A DNA stretch of 64,000 nt from Aequorivita sp. (GCA_030690315.1 JAUYGY010000054.1:4868-68867); one strand, 5' to 3'; shown: positions 19,311 to 29,255, counted from the stretch's first letter. Numbers and translations: made by a program. The notes: a model not told the origin generated them from the sequence alone.

Positions 19311-19568
19311 CTATGGATTTTTGCACATATAAAGTGCTTTTCTAAGGCTATCATTCAATTTTTTCATTTCCAATAGCTCCGCTTCTTTTCCGGACAATTT
19401 AATTTGGTTATGATATTTAAATTTTCCTAAACTATATTCGCCGCTTGACCTGGCGATCATATCCTCCTCCATTTCCATTCGCTCTTCGGCTAATTTATCG
19501 AGCACTGACATCTCTGGGTTTTTGCAACCAAACAAGACAACTGCGAGGATGAAAATAAATCGTTTCAT
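19311..19568 (-). CDS. Small hypothetical lipoprotein
   Basis: MKRFIFILAVVLFGC lipobox; 85 aa. Confidence 0.6.
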   Translation of the reverse strand: MKRFIFILAVVLFGCKNPEMSVLDKLAEERMEMEEDMIARSSGEYSLGKFKYHNQIKLSGKEAELLEMKKLNDSLRKALYMCKNP

Positions 19569-19707
19569 TGCACTAAGATATTGAAAAACTTAAAACTATG
19601 GATTAAGAATAGGAATTATCCACTTTAAAAAAGGCTACAACTATACCTATTTTGGCTACAAAAAGCCCTAGAAATGTCCTGAACTTTGTAGCCTAAAAAA
19701 AACAAAA

Positions 19708-19797
19708 ATAGCAACAACAAATAAAACTGCAATTGTAACAGGCGGAAGTCGTGGCTTAGGTAGGGATAGGGTTCTCAACTTGGGGGTTTTAACCTGA
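19708..19797 (+). pseudogene. N-terminal remnant of an SDR oxidoreductase gene
   Basis: Reads (I)ATTNKTAIVTGGSRGLGRD, the TGxxxGxG Rossmann motif; ATA at the expected start position; frame stops after about 29 codons. Confidence 0.65.
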
Positions 19798-19897
19798 CAA
19801 AAACAAATATTTGTCAGCTTATAAGTTTAGTTTGAAGGGTAAATATTTTATAAGTGAAATTTCTTTAGAATGAACTTTCTTGTTTACCATAGCTTTT

Positions 19898-21112
19898 TTA
19901 TTTAGCTAACTTTAAACTCAATATTTTCATATCCTCACTAACTTTTCTATCAATAATTTTTGCATAATGCTGTGTAGTTCTTAGATTTTTGTGTCCTAAC
20001 AACTTGCCAACTGTTTCCAATGGAACACCATTTGTGAGTGTAACGGTGGTAGCAAAAGTATGTCTGGCTAGATGGGTGGTTAAGTTTTTCTGAATGCCGC
20101 AGATCAGTGCTATTTCCTTTAAGTAAGCATTGGATTTTTGGTTGCTTAATACGGGTAGTACGCAATCTCCATTAAGCACTTTGGGGTGATCCGCATAGTT
20201 GTTCAAAACAGCAACGGCAGGAGCTAAGAGCGGGATAACTAATTTGGTTTTCGTTTTTGTGCGCTTTGCCAATATAGATAAATTGCCATCTATATCTCGA
20301 ACAATATTATCAGGGGTCAACTTTTGAATATCAACGTAAGCAAGACCTGTATAACAGCAAAAAACAAACATGTCTCTAACCACAGACAATCGTTCCCATT
20401 TAATTTCACGCTCGGCCAACGTCTTAAGCTCCTCCTTGGATAAAAATTCCCTTTCTACTGTTTTAAATTTGATCTTGTAATTATAAAAAGGGTCTTTGGT
20501 AATCCATTCGTTCCCAACGGCCATTCGGATAATTTTTTTGAAATTATTGACATACTTTAATGAAGAATTATGGTTACACCCTTTGGTTTCCTTTAAAAAA
20601 TATTCAAAGCCTTTTATAAATTTTAAATTGACATCTCGAATGGGAATATCATCTTTTAGGTATTCCTTTTCAATAAACTCCTGGATATGGTTTCGTGTGG
20701 TGTGATAACGCTTGAAAGTGCCGAGTGCGAATTCAATGTCAATAAGCTTCTCCATCTGAATGTTATGCGCATCAAAAACTTCCACGAGCATTTTTGGCTT
20801 TTCTTTTTTACCAAGATAAAGAATCTTGATATCTTCAGCTGAAAAAGGCTCACCTTTATCGATAAGACGATTTTGAATTTGATTTATTTTATGACGAATA
20901 TTTGTCATTAAACTGTTGATCTCTTCCGCCTCCGGACTTTTTCCCAATAGCTTATTCAATCGCGAATCCCATTTTTCAGGATCTATTTTTCGATGTAAGC
21001 TAATTGTAGATCTCTTCCCGTCAACCGTTATTCTTAAGTATAATCCAGCTTTTCCGTTTTTATCTCTCCGCTCACCTTTAAGGTAAAAAAGAGTTGTGAA
21101 TGTAGTATTCAT
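19898..21112 (-). CDS. int: Site-specific tyrosine integrase (Bacteroidota IntDOT-like)
   Basis: Arm-binding N-terminus (LRITVDGKR), SAM-like core, K (RTKTK), HLARH, LGH and TQHY catalytic motifs; TGLAY in place of TGLR. Confidence 0.93.
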   Translation of the reverse strand: MNTTFTTLFYLKGERRDKNGKAGLYLRITVDGKRSTISLHRKIDPEKWDSRLNKLLGKSPEAEEINSLMTNIRHKINQIQNRLIDKGEPFSAEDIKILYLGKKEKPKMLVEVFDAHNIQMEKLIDIEFALGTFKRYHTTRNHIQEFIEKEYLKDDIPIRDVNLKFIKGFEYFLKETKGCNHNSSLKYVNNFKKIIRMAVGNEWITKDPFYNYKIKFKTVEREFLSKEELKTLAEREIKWERLSVVRDMFVFCCYTGLAYVDIQKLTPDNIVRDIDGNLSILAKRTKTKTKLVIPLLAPAVAVLNNYADHPKVLNGDCVLPVLSNQKSNAYLKEIALICGIQKNLTTHLARHTFATTVTLTNGVPLETVGKLLGHKNLRTTQHYAKIIDRKVSEDMKILSLKLAK

Positions 21113-21118
21113 AAAATA

Positions 21119-21247
21119 GGTGTCGAATGGTGTCTACCAAAGGTATAAAAATCAATAGAATTACTTATATATTTAACATAAAATCAAATCATTACGATTA
21201 AATCGACACCACTTTTATAACTTTAAAATTAGTGTCGATATGGTGTC
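21119..21247. repeat. Candidate integrase arm-type sites
   Basis: GTGTCGAATGGTGTC (21120-21134), GTGTCGATATGGTGTC (21232-21247) and inverted TCGACACC (21203-21210), between int and ssrA. Confidence 0.5.
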
Positions 21248-21292
21248 TTCTTATATAATTATAATTGATATTAAATGAAACTAATAAAAATT

Positions 21293-21327
21293 AAAAACCC
21301 TGTAAATCATAGATTTACAGGGTTTTT
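21293..21327 (-). terminator. Hairpin downstream of ssrA
   Basis: AAAAACCCTGTAAATC-ata-GATTTACAGGGTTTTT, a perfect 16-bp stem. Confidence 0.7.
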
Positions 21328-21350
21328 GTGTTGACCTGAGGGTCAAAAAG

Positions 21351-21745
21351 TGGAGCCGGAGGGATTCGAACCCTCGTCCAAACAAGCAATTATACTGCCT
21401 TCTACATGCTTAGTTTTCATTTAGATTTTCGTGGGATTGCCGGTCGAAAACTACCAACGCACCCCTTAGCTTTACTTGAGCTTCACCCTGGCATCAAAGC
21501 ACTAACAGGGCTAGGTTTACTTTTACGAAGCCACTAAATCAACCGCCGCAAACCAAGGCCGTTGAGTGACTTCCTGCTTTCCGACCTAGTCGGACGAGGC
21601 ACATCCTACTTTATTCAGATTATGCAGCTAGGGCGTAGTTATTCTCGCCGTTTAAAAAGTGTGAAATATGATATTAACGAGCTATATCCCAGCGCTCGGC
21701 ATGCTTACAATACAATTAGACCCGCTGTCAAAACCAGTCGGCCCC
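21351..21745 (-). ncRNA. ssrA: tmRNA
   Basis: 5' GGGGCCGACTGGTTTTGACAG; 3' T-arm GAGGGTTCGAATCCCTCCGGCTCCA; tag reading frame GENNYALAA* at 21649-21620; CCA end not fully encoded. Confidence 0.97.
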
Positions 21746-21876
21746 ATTTTTTTCAATGAACAATTAGCGATTAGCAATTAACTTTGTTTATTGCTTAAAG
21801 CCTCAAAGAGCGAGGGCAAAGATACATGAAAAACCCTATCTTTGCCAGCCTAATAATTTTTCAAAAAACATACCAA

Positions 21877-23091
21877 ATGCCAATTACCTTTGCCATTATC
21901 AAAGAACGCAAAAACCCGCCAGACCGTCGGGTGGTTTTTTCACCTGAAAAATGCAAAGAGGTAATAAAACAGTTTCCTGAGGCGCGGATAATTGTTGAAG
22001 CCTCAGACATTCGAATTTTTCCCGATGAAGCCTATGCCAAAGCAGGTGTTGAAGTGATGGATGATGTTTCTGAAGCAGACGTTTTGCTTGGTGTAAAGGA
22101 AGTGCCGGTAGATGCCTTAATTCCGAATAAAAAATACTTTTTTTTCAGCCACACTATTAAAAAACAGCCTTACAACCGTAAATTGCTAAAGGCAATACTG
22201 CATAAAAATATTGAAATGTATGATCACGAAACCATCGTGAATGCTGATAAGCATAGACTTATTGGTTTTGGATATTACGCAGGATTGGTAGGTGCATACA
22301 ATGGTTTTAGGGGGTTGGGTTTACGCGATAAGTTGTTTGTACTTCCGAAAGTGGAAACACTTCCAGATTTGAAAGCTGTGAAAGACGAATTGGATAAAAT
22401 AACAATTCCAAATATAAAAATCATTCTCTCGGGAACGGGGAAAGTTGCAAGGGGAGCGAAAGAGATTTTAGATCACTTGAAAATACGCGAAGTTAGCGAT
22501 GCTGATTATCTTTCTAAAGATTTCAAGGGACCGGTTTATTGCTTGATTGACGTTTCGGAATACAATAAGCGAAAAGACGGTGGCGAATTCAATAAAGATG
22601 AATTTTACGAAGAACCTTCCAAGTATGAAAGTGATTTTATGAAGTATGCCAAAGTGAGTGATGTTTTTTTTACCGGACATTTCTACGGTAACGGTGCACC
22701 CTTTTTCTTTACACGCGACGATGCAAAAAGAAGTGATTTCAAGATAAATTTTGTTGCAGATATTACCTGCGATGTTGACGGTCCTATTGCTAGCACTATC
22801 CGTTCTTCTACCATTGAAAATCCTTTTTATGGGTATGACCCAAAGACCGAAAGCGAAACCACTTTTGATGCGCCGGGCGCTATTACTGTTATGGCTGTAG
22901 ATAATTTGCCCTGCGAACTTCCCAAAGATGCCAGCGAAGGTTTTGGCGATATGTTTTTAGACAACGTGATCCCCGCTTTTTTTAATGGTGACAAGGATGG
23001 AATTTTACAACGAGCCAGAATTACAACCGAAGATGGAAAACTTACACCTAGGTTTGCATATTTACAAGAATATGTGGAAATTGCCGACTAA
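21877..23091 (+). CDS. AlaDh/PNT-family NAD(P)-dependent oxidoreductase (saccharopine dehydrogenase-like)
   Basis: IIKERKNPPDRRV, LGVKEVP, FFSHTIKKQPYN and MAVDNLPCELP motifs; start moved to MPITF. Confidence 0.8.
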   Translation: MPITFAIIKERKNPPDRRVVFSPEKCKEVIKQFPEARIIVEASDIRIFPDEAYAKAGVEVMDDVSEADVLLGVKEVPVDALIPNKKYFFFSHTIKKQPYNRKLLKAILHKNIEMYDHETIVNADKHRLIGFGYYAGLVGAYNGFRGLGLRDKLFVLPKVETLPDLKAVKDELDKITIPNIKIILSGTGKVARGAKEILDHLKIREVSDADYLSKDFKGPVYCLIDVSEYNKRKDGGEFNKDEFYEEPSKYESDFMKYAKVSDVFFTGHFYGNGAPFFFTRDDAKRSDFKINFVADITCDVDGPIASTIRSSTIENPFYGYDPKTESETTFDAPGAITVMAVDNLPCELPKDASEGFGDMFLDNVIPAFFNGDKDGILQRARITTEDGKLTPRFAYLQEYVEIAD

Positions 23092-23116
23092 CAAATTAAC
23101 TTTTTGTTAACAAAAA

Positions 23117-23932
23117 TTGCAATTGAAAAATACGGAACACTATATTAAGAAAACAGGATTAATTACAGGTGCTGCTTCGGGGCTTGGGTTTGAATTAGCC
23201 ATGCTTTTGGCCCGAGATGGATACGACCTCATTTTAGTGGATGTTGATGACGAAAAACTAGAAGCTGCGAAGCAAAAAATTACTACGTTTTACCCTACTC
23301 AAATTCAACTGATACATAAAGATCTTAGTACCTGCAATGTAGCCGCCGAGATTTTTGAAGCCATAGAAAACAAGCAAATAGATATACTAATAAACAATGC
23401 TGGCTTCGGAATTTTTGGCAGTTTCATAGATACAGATTGGAAGCGCGAGGCAGAAATGCTTAATCTACATGTGGTTACTACAACACAATTAACCAAACTC
23501 GTTTTAAAGGGGATGGTGGCACGTGGCAACGGAAAAATAATGAATATGTCCTCTCTTGCAGCTTTTCAGCCTGGGCCGCTGATGTCTTTATATTATGCTT
23601 CCAAAGCCTATATTCTTTCTTTTTCTGAAGCCATTGCCAATGAACTGAAAGGAACCGGCGTTACTGTTACCGCACTTTGCCCCGGACAGACCAAAACCTG
23701 TTTTCAGGATGTTGTTTCCAATGGCACAAAAAATTCAGGAAATAAAATAAAATTCAACTTAGCCTGCCCTAAAGAAGTTGCTGAATATGGTTATAACGCA
23801 ATGCTGAAAGGAAAAGTCGTAGCCATCCCCGGAATCTTCAATAAATTTTTGTCTAAGCTGCCGCGCTTTGTTTCCAGAAGAACCGCCACGGCTGTAATAC
23901 GAAAAATTCAAGAAAAAAACAGGGATGCCTAA
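23117..23932 (+). CDS. SDR family oxidoreductase
   Basis: TGAASGLG, NNAG, YYASK (YxxxK). Confidence 0.9.
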   Translation: MQLKNTEHYIKKTGLITGAASGLGFELAMLLARDGYDLILVDVDDEKLEAAKQKITTFYPTQIQLIHKDLSTCNVAAEIFEAIENKQIDILINNAGFGIFGSFIDTDWKREAEMLNLHVVTTTQLTKLVLKGMVARGNGKIMNMSSLAAFQPGPLMSLYYASKAYILSFSEAIANELKGTGVTVTALCPGQTKTCFQDVVSNGTKNSGNKIKFNLACPKEVAEYGYNAMLKGKVVAIPGIFNKFLSKLPRFVSRRTATAVIRKIQEKNRDA

Positions 23933-24123
23933 TAGGTCTTCATTTAAATTTTTTTCAACTGAATGGGTTCTTCAGATTGTATTTTGATGAGCTCGGTAAA
24001 AAACTCGCGAAGGGTTTTATTCGCTTCCGTAGAAAAGGTGTAATTGGTCAACTTCACACTTAATTTAATATTCAATTTGAAAAGAATTGTGATTTTATGT
24101 AAGTAGGATTAGATTTTTTAAAA

Positions 24124-26100
24124 TCATTTTATTTTGTTTAAAACAATGGATTCTTCTTTCAGCATCGTTATCATAGTGCCGAAAAATTCTTTGAGCGATT
24201 GGTAGGCATCTGGGGGAAAGTGGTGTGCAGACAGTTTCATATTGAAACGGATGTTTATTTTGCTTCCTTCGGCAGTGTAGGTTACGGAACATTCGCCATC
24301 TTCTCCCGGAAGTTTAATGATTCTACTTTTGGGAAGTTGTTCAATTTCATAAACATTCCCTAAATCTATAGAAATTATATAGGTATTTGTAAATGGAAAA
24401 CCGAAGTCCATTGGATAGCTGCGCTCCTTCATTTTGAAGGGATTTTCATTGAGGTATGTCTTGTTGAAAAACGGATGAAGTATAACCTTGTTGCCCACTC
24501 TTTCGGGTTCTATGGAAATGTTATAGTTTTCTTTGAACGGCTTTTCAATTTGGCTGAGGTCTTCTACCTGCAAGTTGTCAATCTCTATTCCCGCTTTCTC
24601 GTTTTCCTCGGTTTTTATGTATTTCTCAAGAGTTTCTTCTTCAATGGCGCTCCTTTTCTCAAGACCAATATAACCATAACTTGCCTGATTCACTTTTCCG
24701 GAGAAACTGCCATCCGCTTCAGCGGCAATTTGGGCATTGGCATAATGGATGTTTTGTTTAAAAGGTTCAATGGGCATCCAGTAGCTTCCATCTTTAAAGT
24801 CCATCACCCGGCCTTGGACATTTAGAGCCTGAAAAGGTATTACACCAAATGGGGCTTGTTTGTTGGTGGCGTCTAACAAAATATTTTCATTGTTAAGCTG
24901 TAATACCGCAAGCACAAAATTGAAATTGGAAAGAACTGGGTATAATTCTGTTGGCAAACCATTGTTTCGAGTGGAAAGGAGCATAGGTTTTGCCTCAAGT
25001 TTCGCGGCTTCCAAAGCATTTATAAGCGAAAGGTTAATGGCGGTAACGCTGCCTAATTTTTCATCAAAGGCATCTTTCACTTTAATTTCAGAATTAAAAT
25101 AGCGGCCATTCCAAGTATAGCGATCTTGAATAAAACTATAGACCGCTTTTGCCCGTTCCAGATCATTCTCTATTTTTAGAATGGCGTCTGGCAATTGCTT
25201 TTTAAAGTAACTTTTTTTGGTTAGTTGTTCTCCAAAATCGTCATCATTTTCAAAACGTTTGTCAACGTCTTTCCAGTCGCGGGTAAAAATTTGGTCCCAC
25301 CCATAAAAAGCTTTAAAGGCAAGAGGTTCATAGACAATTCTGGAAACATAATTTTTCTTGGCAAGCATATAGCTTTCCTCTTTAAAGGAAGGAACATCTC
25401 TCATTGCATAAGTGTCCAGTTCGGTATCTATATGTCCAGAATTTGATGGTACTAGGAAGCTATTTCCGTTTACAACTGCTTTTTCAATAGATAATTTCTT
25501 ATTGCCATAAAGAATGCGATTATATCTAAAGTGAGGGGGCAAATCAGTTTTAAATTCACTGTAAATTGTGGGAAGTTCGTGCTGAAATTCCCAGCCATCC
25601 AAATCGTAAAAATATGGACTTACAATAGTATAGCTATATTCCAAAATACTTCCGTCCTGTACATCGGGAAAGGTGAATTTTAGCACGCTCCCAACACCTG
25701 ATTTTTGTGTTTTATAAAATGCATTGTTTGGCACAAATTTTTGAACAACACCGTTGTGGGTTACAGCCCTGTAGTCCTTTATTTCCTCACCGTAATATTC
25801 ATTGCCTTCATAATATGGTATTTCTATAGTGGTAAAATCAAATTTTTTGGCATCGATCACCTTTGTCTTTACATGCACTTCCTTTACAAGGCGTACGGCA
25901 GTTTTTTTTATAATGGGAATGGCGTAATAATATCCGGATTCATATAGAATTACACCCGTGGCGTCTGGTTCAGATTCATAACTTTTAAGTTCAAATTCCT
26001 TTTCTGTAGGTTTGCCAAACTCGTCATTTCTTTCAGATTGCGAAAATGTGATTTGTGTTGATAAAGCAAAAACGAAAACGGCAATTTTCTTTATAAACAT
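24124..26100 (-). CDS. DUF3857/transglutaminase-like secreted protein
   Basis: Signal peptide; FPDVQDGSILEYSY, RAKAVYSFIQD, NILLDAT and YQSLKEFF patterns typical of Bacteroidota DUF3857 proteins. Confidence 0.8.
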   Translation of the reverse strand: MFIKKIAVFVFALSTQITFSQSERNDEFGKPTEKEFELKSYESEPDATGVILYESGYYYAIPIIKKTAVRLVKEVHVKTKVIDAKKFDFTTIEIPYYEGNEYYGEEIKDYRAVTHNGVVQKFVPNNAFYKTQKSGVGSVLKFTFPDVQDGSILEYSYTIVSPYFYDLDGWEFQHELPTIYSEFKTDLPPHFRYNRILYGNKKLSIEKAVVNGNSFLVPSNSGHIDTELDTYAMRDVPSFKEESYMLAKKNYVSRIVYEPLAFKAFYGWDQIFTRDWKDVDKRFENDDDFGEQLTKKSYFKKQLPDAILKIENDLERAKAVYSFIQDRYTWNGRYFNSEIKVKDAFDEKLGSVTAINLSLINALEAAKLEAKPMLLSTRNNGLPTELYPVLSNFNFVLAVLQLNNENILLDATNKQAPFGVIPFQALNVQGRVMDFKDGSYWMPIEPFKQNIHYANAQIAAEADGSFSGKVNQASYGYIGLEKRSAIEEETLEKYIKTEENEKAGIEIDNLQVEDLSQIEKPFKENYNISIEPERVGNKVILHPFFNKTYLNENPFKMKERSYPMDFGFPFTNTYIISIDLGNVYEIEQLPKSRIIKLPGEDGECSVTYTAEGSKINIRFNMKLSAHHFPPDAYQSLKEFFGTMITMLKEESIVLNKIK

Positions 26101-26219
26101 AGATTCTGAAGTGTCAATAAGCTCGCAAAATAGAATAATTATTGGAAAGGGAAATAAGGATTTTTATTCTTTATTCAGAAATGTTTCAAATACCCAATAT
26201 CCAATTTTTAAAAACCCTA

Positions 26220-26600
26220 TTAATCAATGGGAAATTTTAACGTCTTCATTTTGAGTGAATATTTTTCGATTAATAAAATAAGAAGGAATCCAATGGAATA
26301 TGCAACCAAGTCATAAAAGTCGAACACAGAGCCAATAAGTGTCAACAGAATTTCAGATTGGATGTTGAATTTTTCCGCAAGTTTAAAAAACTGTAACAGT
26401 TCCACGAAATAGGCAAAACCCAAAACAAAAACGGCAGTTTTAAGAATGTTGTTTCTTATAAATATTTTTAAGAAAGAATAGAGCAGTAAGATTACCAATA
26501 CATCTCCCAAAAAACCTCTTATAAAAGGGTTGAAATGGAAATAGGCAATTGCAAATTCCACTAAAAAGAGAGTTGAAAATGCAATGAAATAATTCTTCAT
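26220..26600 (-). CDS. DUF2809-like membrane protein
   Basis: FIRGFLGDVL...VELLQ...LIGSVFDFYDL pattern. Confidence 0.75.
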   Translation of the reverse strand: MKNYFIAFSTLFLVEFAIAYFHFNPFIRGFLGDVLVILLLYSFLKIFIRNNILKTAVFVLGFAYFVELLQFFKLAEKFNIQSEILLTLIGSVFDFYDLVAYSIGFLLILLIEKYSLKMKTLKFPID

Positions 26601-26629
26601 TTTTAAATTATTTTGAAATGTTTAAATGA

Positions 26630-26693
26630 CCGTTCGTGCGCAGTCGAGAATTTTCCCTATATAAATATGACAAAATCACGACCGCGCGAACGG
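26630..26693. repeat. Inverted pair of REP-like elements
   Basis: CCGTTCGTGCGCAGTCGAGAA (26630-26650) facing CACGACCGCGCGAACGG (26677-26693). Confidence 0.5.
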
Positions 26694-26701
26694 AACATTT
26701 T

Positions 26702-28048
26702 CTATTCGTTATTCCAATCAATTCGCCGTGAGGCAAACATAACCACTGCCAATATCAAGAACAGACCAATACTGCCTACCAACAGCGCATAGTTTTCCAA
26801 TTGGATAATAACATAAATGAAACCGTATAAAGATGCCAACGAAGCGCAGATAAGCAATGGGAACTTAAACCCTTTTAAAATTGCGCGGGAATAAACCGTT
26901 ATTAACGCAAGCACTGAAAATGCTGCAATGGCATACGCATTCAGAAAGTTGCTGTGTTCCGAAATGGAGATTAGCAAGGTATAAAACATCACCAATGCCA
27001 GCCCGATCATTACATATTGAAACGGATGGATATATATTTTGCTAACCAATTGTATCAGCAAAAACACTAATAGCGTAAGCCCAATAACCATAAAGCCGTA
27101 TTTCGCGGTGCGTTCGCTTTTTTGATATTCGTCCACGGGAATTATGAGTTTTGTGCCGAAAGCGGAGGCTGAAAGATCTGGAAGTTTTCCGAAAAACGAT
27201 TGCTCAAACTGTCGGTTTATTTGAAGCACGCGCCAAGTGGCGGTGAAGCCGTCTTTGCTGATTTGCTTATTGGTGTCCTCAGGAAGAAAATTGCCGTCAA
27301 AACTTGGGGAATGCCAGTTTGATTTCATCGTGGCATCGGTTTCTTTTCCTATGGGCAAAAACTTCAAACTTTCGCTGCCATTTATTTTTAGATTGAAGGA
27401 AAAGGGGAGTGTCCCACTAAAAATTTCCTTGGCGTTGGAAATATAATTGCTTTGGATGGTGCTCAAATACTCTGTGGAATACTGTGGCGTCATCACAAGA
27501 GATTCTGAAGCTAGATTCATTACGGGCGTAGTTTTTATTCCTTTTAAATTTGATGTTTTAAAAAGTACAGTTGCTTTCTCCCAGATTATATTTTCTTCGG
27601 AAATATCGGAATTTGTAAAATCAATTTTCGGAAAATTTCCCTTTACGTCGATGGTCGCGGAATAAACAACAGATTCGTAAATGCTGCGGTTTAGGGGTTT
27701 GGAATCTACTTGCGAGTTAATATTCAGTTTATCGGGAAAGAAATAGGCATACTTTAAAATTTCATTTGTTTTGGTGAAATAGGAACTGCTTTTTTCGTTG
27801 AAGATTTTTTCTTCGGAAATAACTTTATAGGGAATTTTTATGATGGGGCCGGAGAGCAGGACTTCGTTTCCCCATTTCTCGTTGATTTCCCGAACAACTT
27901 CCTCTTGCCTGTTTGCTCTTTCATTGATGAGCGATTTTACAAATTCCAACGGGATCAGCAATACCAATAATAAAAAACCAACCACAAGCATTCTTGCGGT
28001 GATGGAGTTGCGCATCCAGTTGCTGAATCTACTTTTTTTCTGTTCCAT
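26702..28048 (-). CDS. creD: Inner membrane protein CreD
   Basis: LLLLIPL N-terminal TM, WHSPSFDGNFLP, PVDEYQKSERTAKYG, IHPFQY, EDYA-like ENYALL. Confidence 0.9.
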   Translation of the reverse strand: MEQKKSRFSNWMRNSITARMLVVGFLLLVLLIPLEFVKSLINERANRQEEVVREINEKWGNEVLLSGPIIKIPYKVISEEKIFNEKSSSYFTKTNEILKYAYFFPDKLNINSQVDSKPLNRSIYESVVYSATIDVKGNFPKIDFTNSDISEENIIWEKATVLFKTSNLKGIKTTPVMNLASESLVMTPQYSTEYLSTIQSNYISNAKEIFSGTLPFSFNLKINGSESLKFLPIGKETDATMKSNWHSPSFDGNFLPEDTNKQISKDGFTATWRVLQINRQFEQSFFGKLPDLSASAFGTKLIIPVDEYQKSERTAKYGFMVIGLTLLVFLLIQLVSKIYIHPFQYVMIGLALVMFYTLLISISEHSNFLNAYAIAAFSVLALITVYSRAILKGFKFPLLICASLASLYGFIYVIIQLENYALLVGSIGLFLILAVVMFASRRIDWNNE

Positions 28049-28105
28049 GATTTGTGTGTTTATAGTTTATAGTTCAAAATTTTTAATCGATAATTATTTA
28101 TAAAG

Positions 28106-28124
28106 TACTTTGTAATTCAAAGTA
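28106..28124. promoter_or_regulatory. Palindromic operator upstream of creD
   Basis: TACTTTG-taatt-CAAAGTA; the same arms recur at 29065-29083. Confidence 0.7.
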
Positions 28125-28146
28125 AATTGACAAAAAAATATAAGAG

Positions 28147-28446
28147 TTAGTTTTTCGGTTTTTGAATTAGTTTTTCAAGGGCTTCAATATGTTTTTTGAA
28201 TTCGGCGTTTCCAAGTTTTGTGGCGGTGTAATTGGTATTTGGTTTTTTGCCAACAAAACTTTTTTCCACCAAAATATATTCGGCCTGTTCCAACGCTTTT
28301 ATGTGGCTGGCTAAATTACCATCGGTAACATCCAGCAGTTCCTTAAGTCGGTTAAAATCGGCATCCTCATTCACCACAAGTATGCTCATAATACCTAGGC
28401 GAATGCGATGGTCAAAAAGTTTGTTTATGTTGTCTATAATGCCCAC
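28147..28446 (-). CDS. Winged-helix (HTH_34/MarR-like) transcriptional regulator
   Basis: RIRLGIMSIL...FNRLKELLDVTDGNLASHIKALE; likely GTG start at 28446. Confidence 0.85.
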   Translation of the reverse strand: MGIIDNINKLFDHRIRLGIMSILVVNEDADFNRLKELLDVTDGNLASHIKALEQAEYILVEKSFVGKKPNTNYTATKLGNAEFKKHIEALEKLIQKPKN

Positions 28447-28448
28447 GG

Positions 28449-29057
28449 TTAGTTTTTTCGCTCTTTTAAATACATAATACTTCCGTAGATAATATGGAAA
28501 ACACCAAAACCCAGTAGCCAAAACCAGAGGCCATAGCCGGGCAGGGCGGCGCAGATCAATCCTATAATAATTTGTGCATAGCCCAAATATTTTACATTAC
28601 CAATGGTATATTTTGAAGCATTCACGAGCGCCAAACCATAAAAGATGAGCATTAAAGATGCGCTTAGCCCATAATGCTGGCTGTTCAGTTTTATGATAAT
28701 GTAAATTCCCCCTGTAATCAGTGGGATTAAAAAGTTTATAAGTAAACGACGGGTGGTTGCATCCCAGATTTTTTCATTGTTCTGCTTTGCTTTATGTGTA
28801 GTCAAAAGATAAGCAGTAACAATACTAAGGATTGCCACAGATGCCAATAGAGCTAGCAAAAGCTTAAAATTTAAACCGTGAAGGGTTAGAAATTCGCCCG
28901 ATTTAGGAAAAAGAAACAGATATGCAATTAAGGCACCAATAATGGCGTAAATACCCGCAAAAATCCCAGAGAGCCCACTAAGCGAGATAAAACGGGAAGA
29001 GCGGTTCATTAAATTTTTAATCTCGCTAATGTCTTTTAGATAATCTTTCTCACTCAT
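28449..29057 (-). CDS. Conserved membrane protein co-transcribed with the regulator
   Basis: MSEKDYLKDISEIKNLMNRSSRFISLSGLSG; about 6 TM; start moved to 29057. Confidence 0.8.
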   Translation of the reverse strand: MSEKDYLKDISEIKNLMNRSSRFISLSGLSGIFAGIYAIIGALIAYLFLFPKSGEFLTLHGLNFKLLLALLASVAILSIVTAYLLTTHKAKQNNEKIWDATTRRLLINFLIPLITGGIYIIIKLNSQHYGLSASLMLIFYGLALVNASKYTIGNVKYLGYAQIIIGLICAALPGYGLWFWLLGFGVFHIIYGSIMYLKERKN

Positions 29058-29064
29058 ATTAAAG

Positions 29065-29083
29065 TACTTTGAAAAACAAAGTA
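29065..29083. promoter_or_regulatory. Palindromic operator upstream of the membrane protein/regulator operon
   Basis: TACTTTG-aaaaa-CAAAGTA, 8 bp from the start codon. Confidence 0.7.
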
Positions 29084-29255
29084 AATATATTTTTGTTTTG
29101 CAACCAAATAAATCAATAGAAAATTTTGGATTATTTTTTGGAACCACTAAAAAATAAGAAAAGCCTTACAGGAAAAAAGGGGGAAATCCCCCATGAAATT
29201 CAGGCTTTTTCCTCTTGACTGGCTTCTATCTTCTTCGCATCTTTACAATATCAAA

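Larger units (their letters stand above)
1..21350. mobile_element. Genomic island (defence cargo) integrated at the 3' end of ssrA; left boundary lies outside the window
   Basis: Tyrosine integrase directly downstream of the tmRNA 3' end; visibly AT-richer than the flank; RM/SIR2-HerA/TIR/HEPN cargo; housekeeping genes resume right of ssrA. The second att copy was not found in the window. Confidence 0.85.

Noticed and set aside
1-21350. Second att copy (ssrA 3' duplicate) and prophage or conjugation genes
   Set aside because: None found by eye in the window, so the left end and the element class remain undetermined.
21562-21759. 65-aa plus-strand ORF
   Set aside because: It lies antisense to the tmRNA gene; a shadow ORF.
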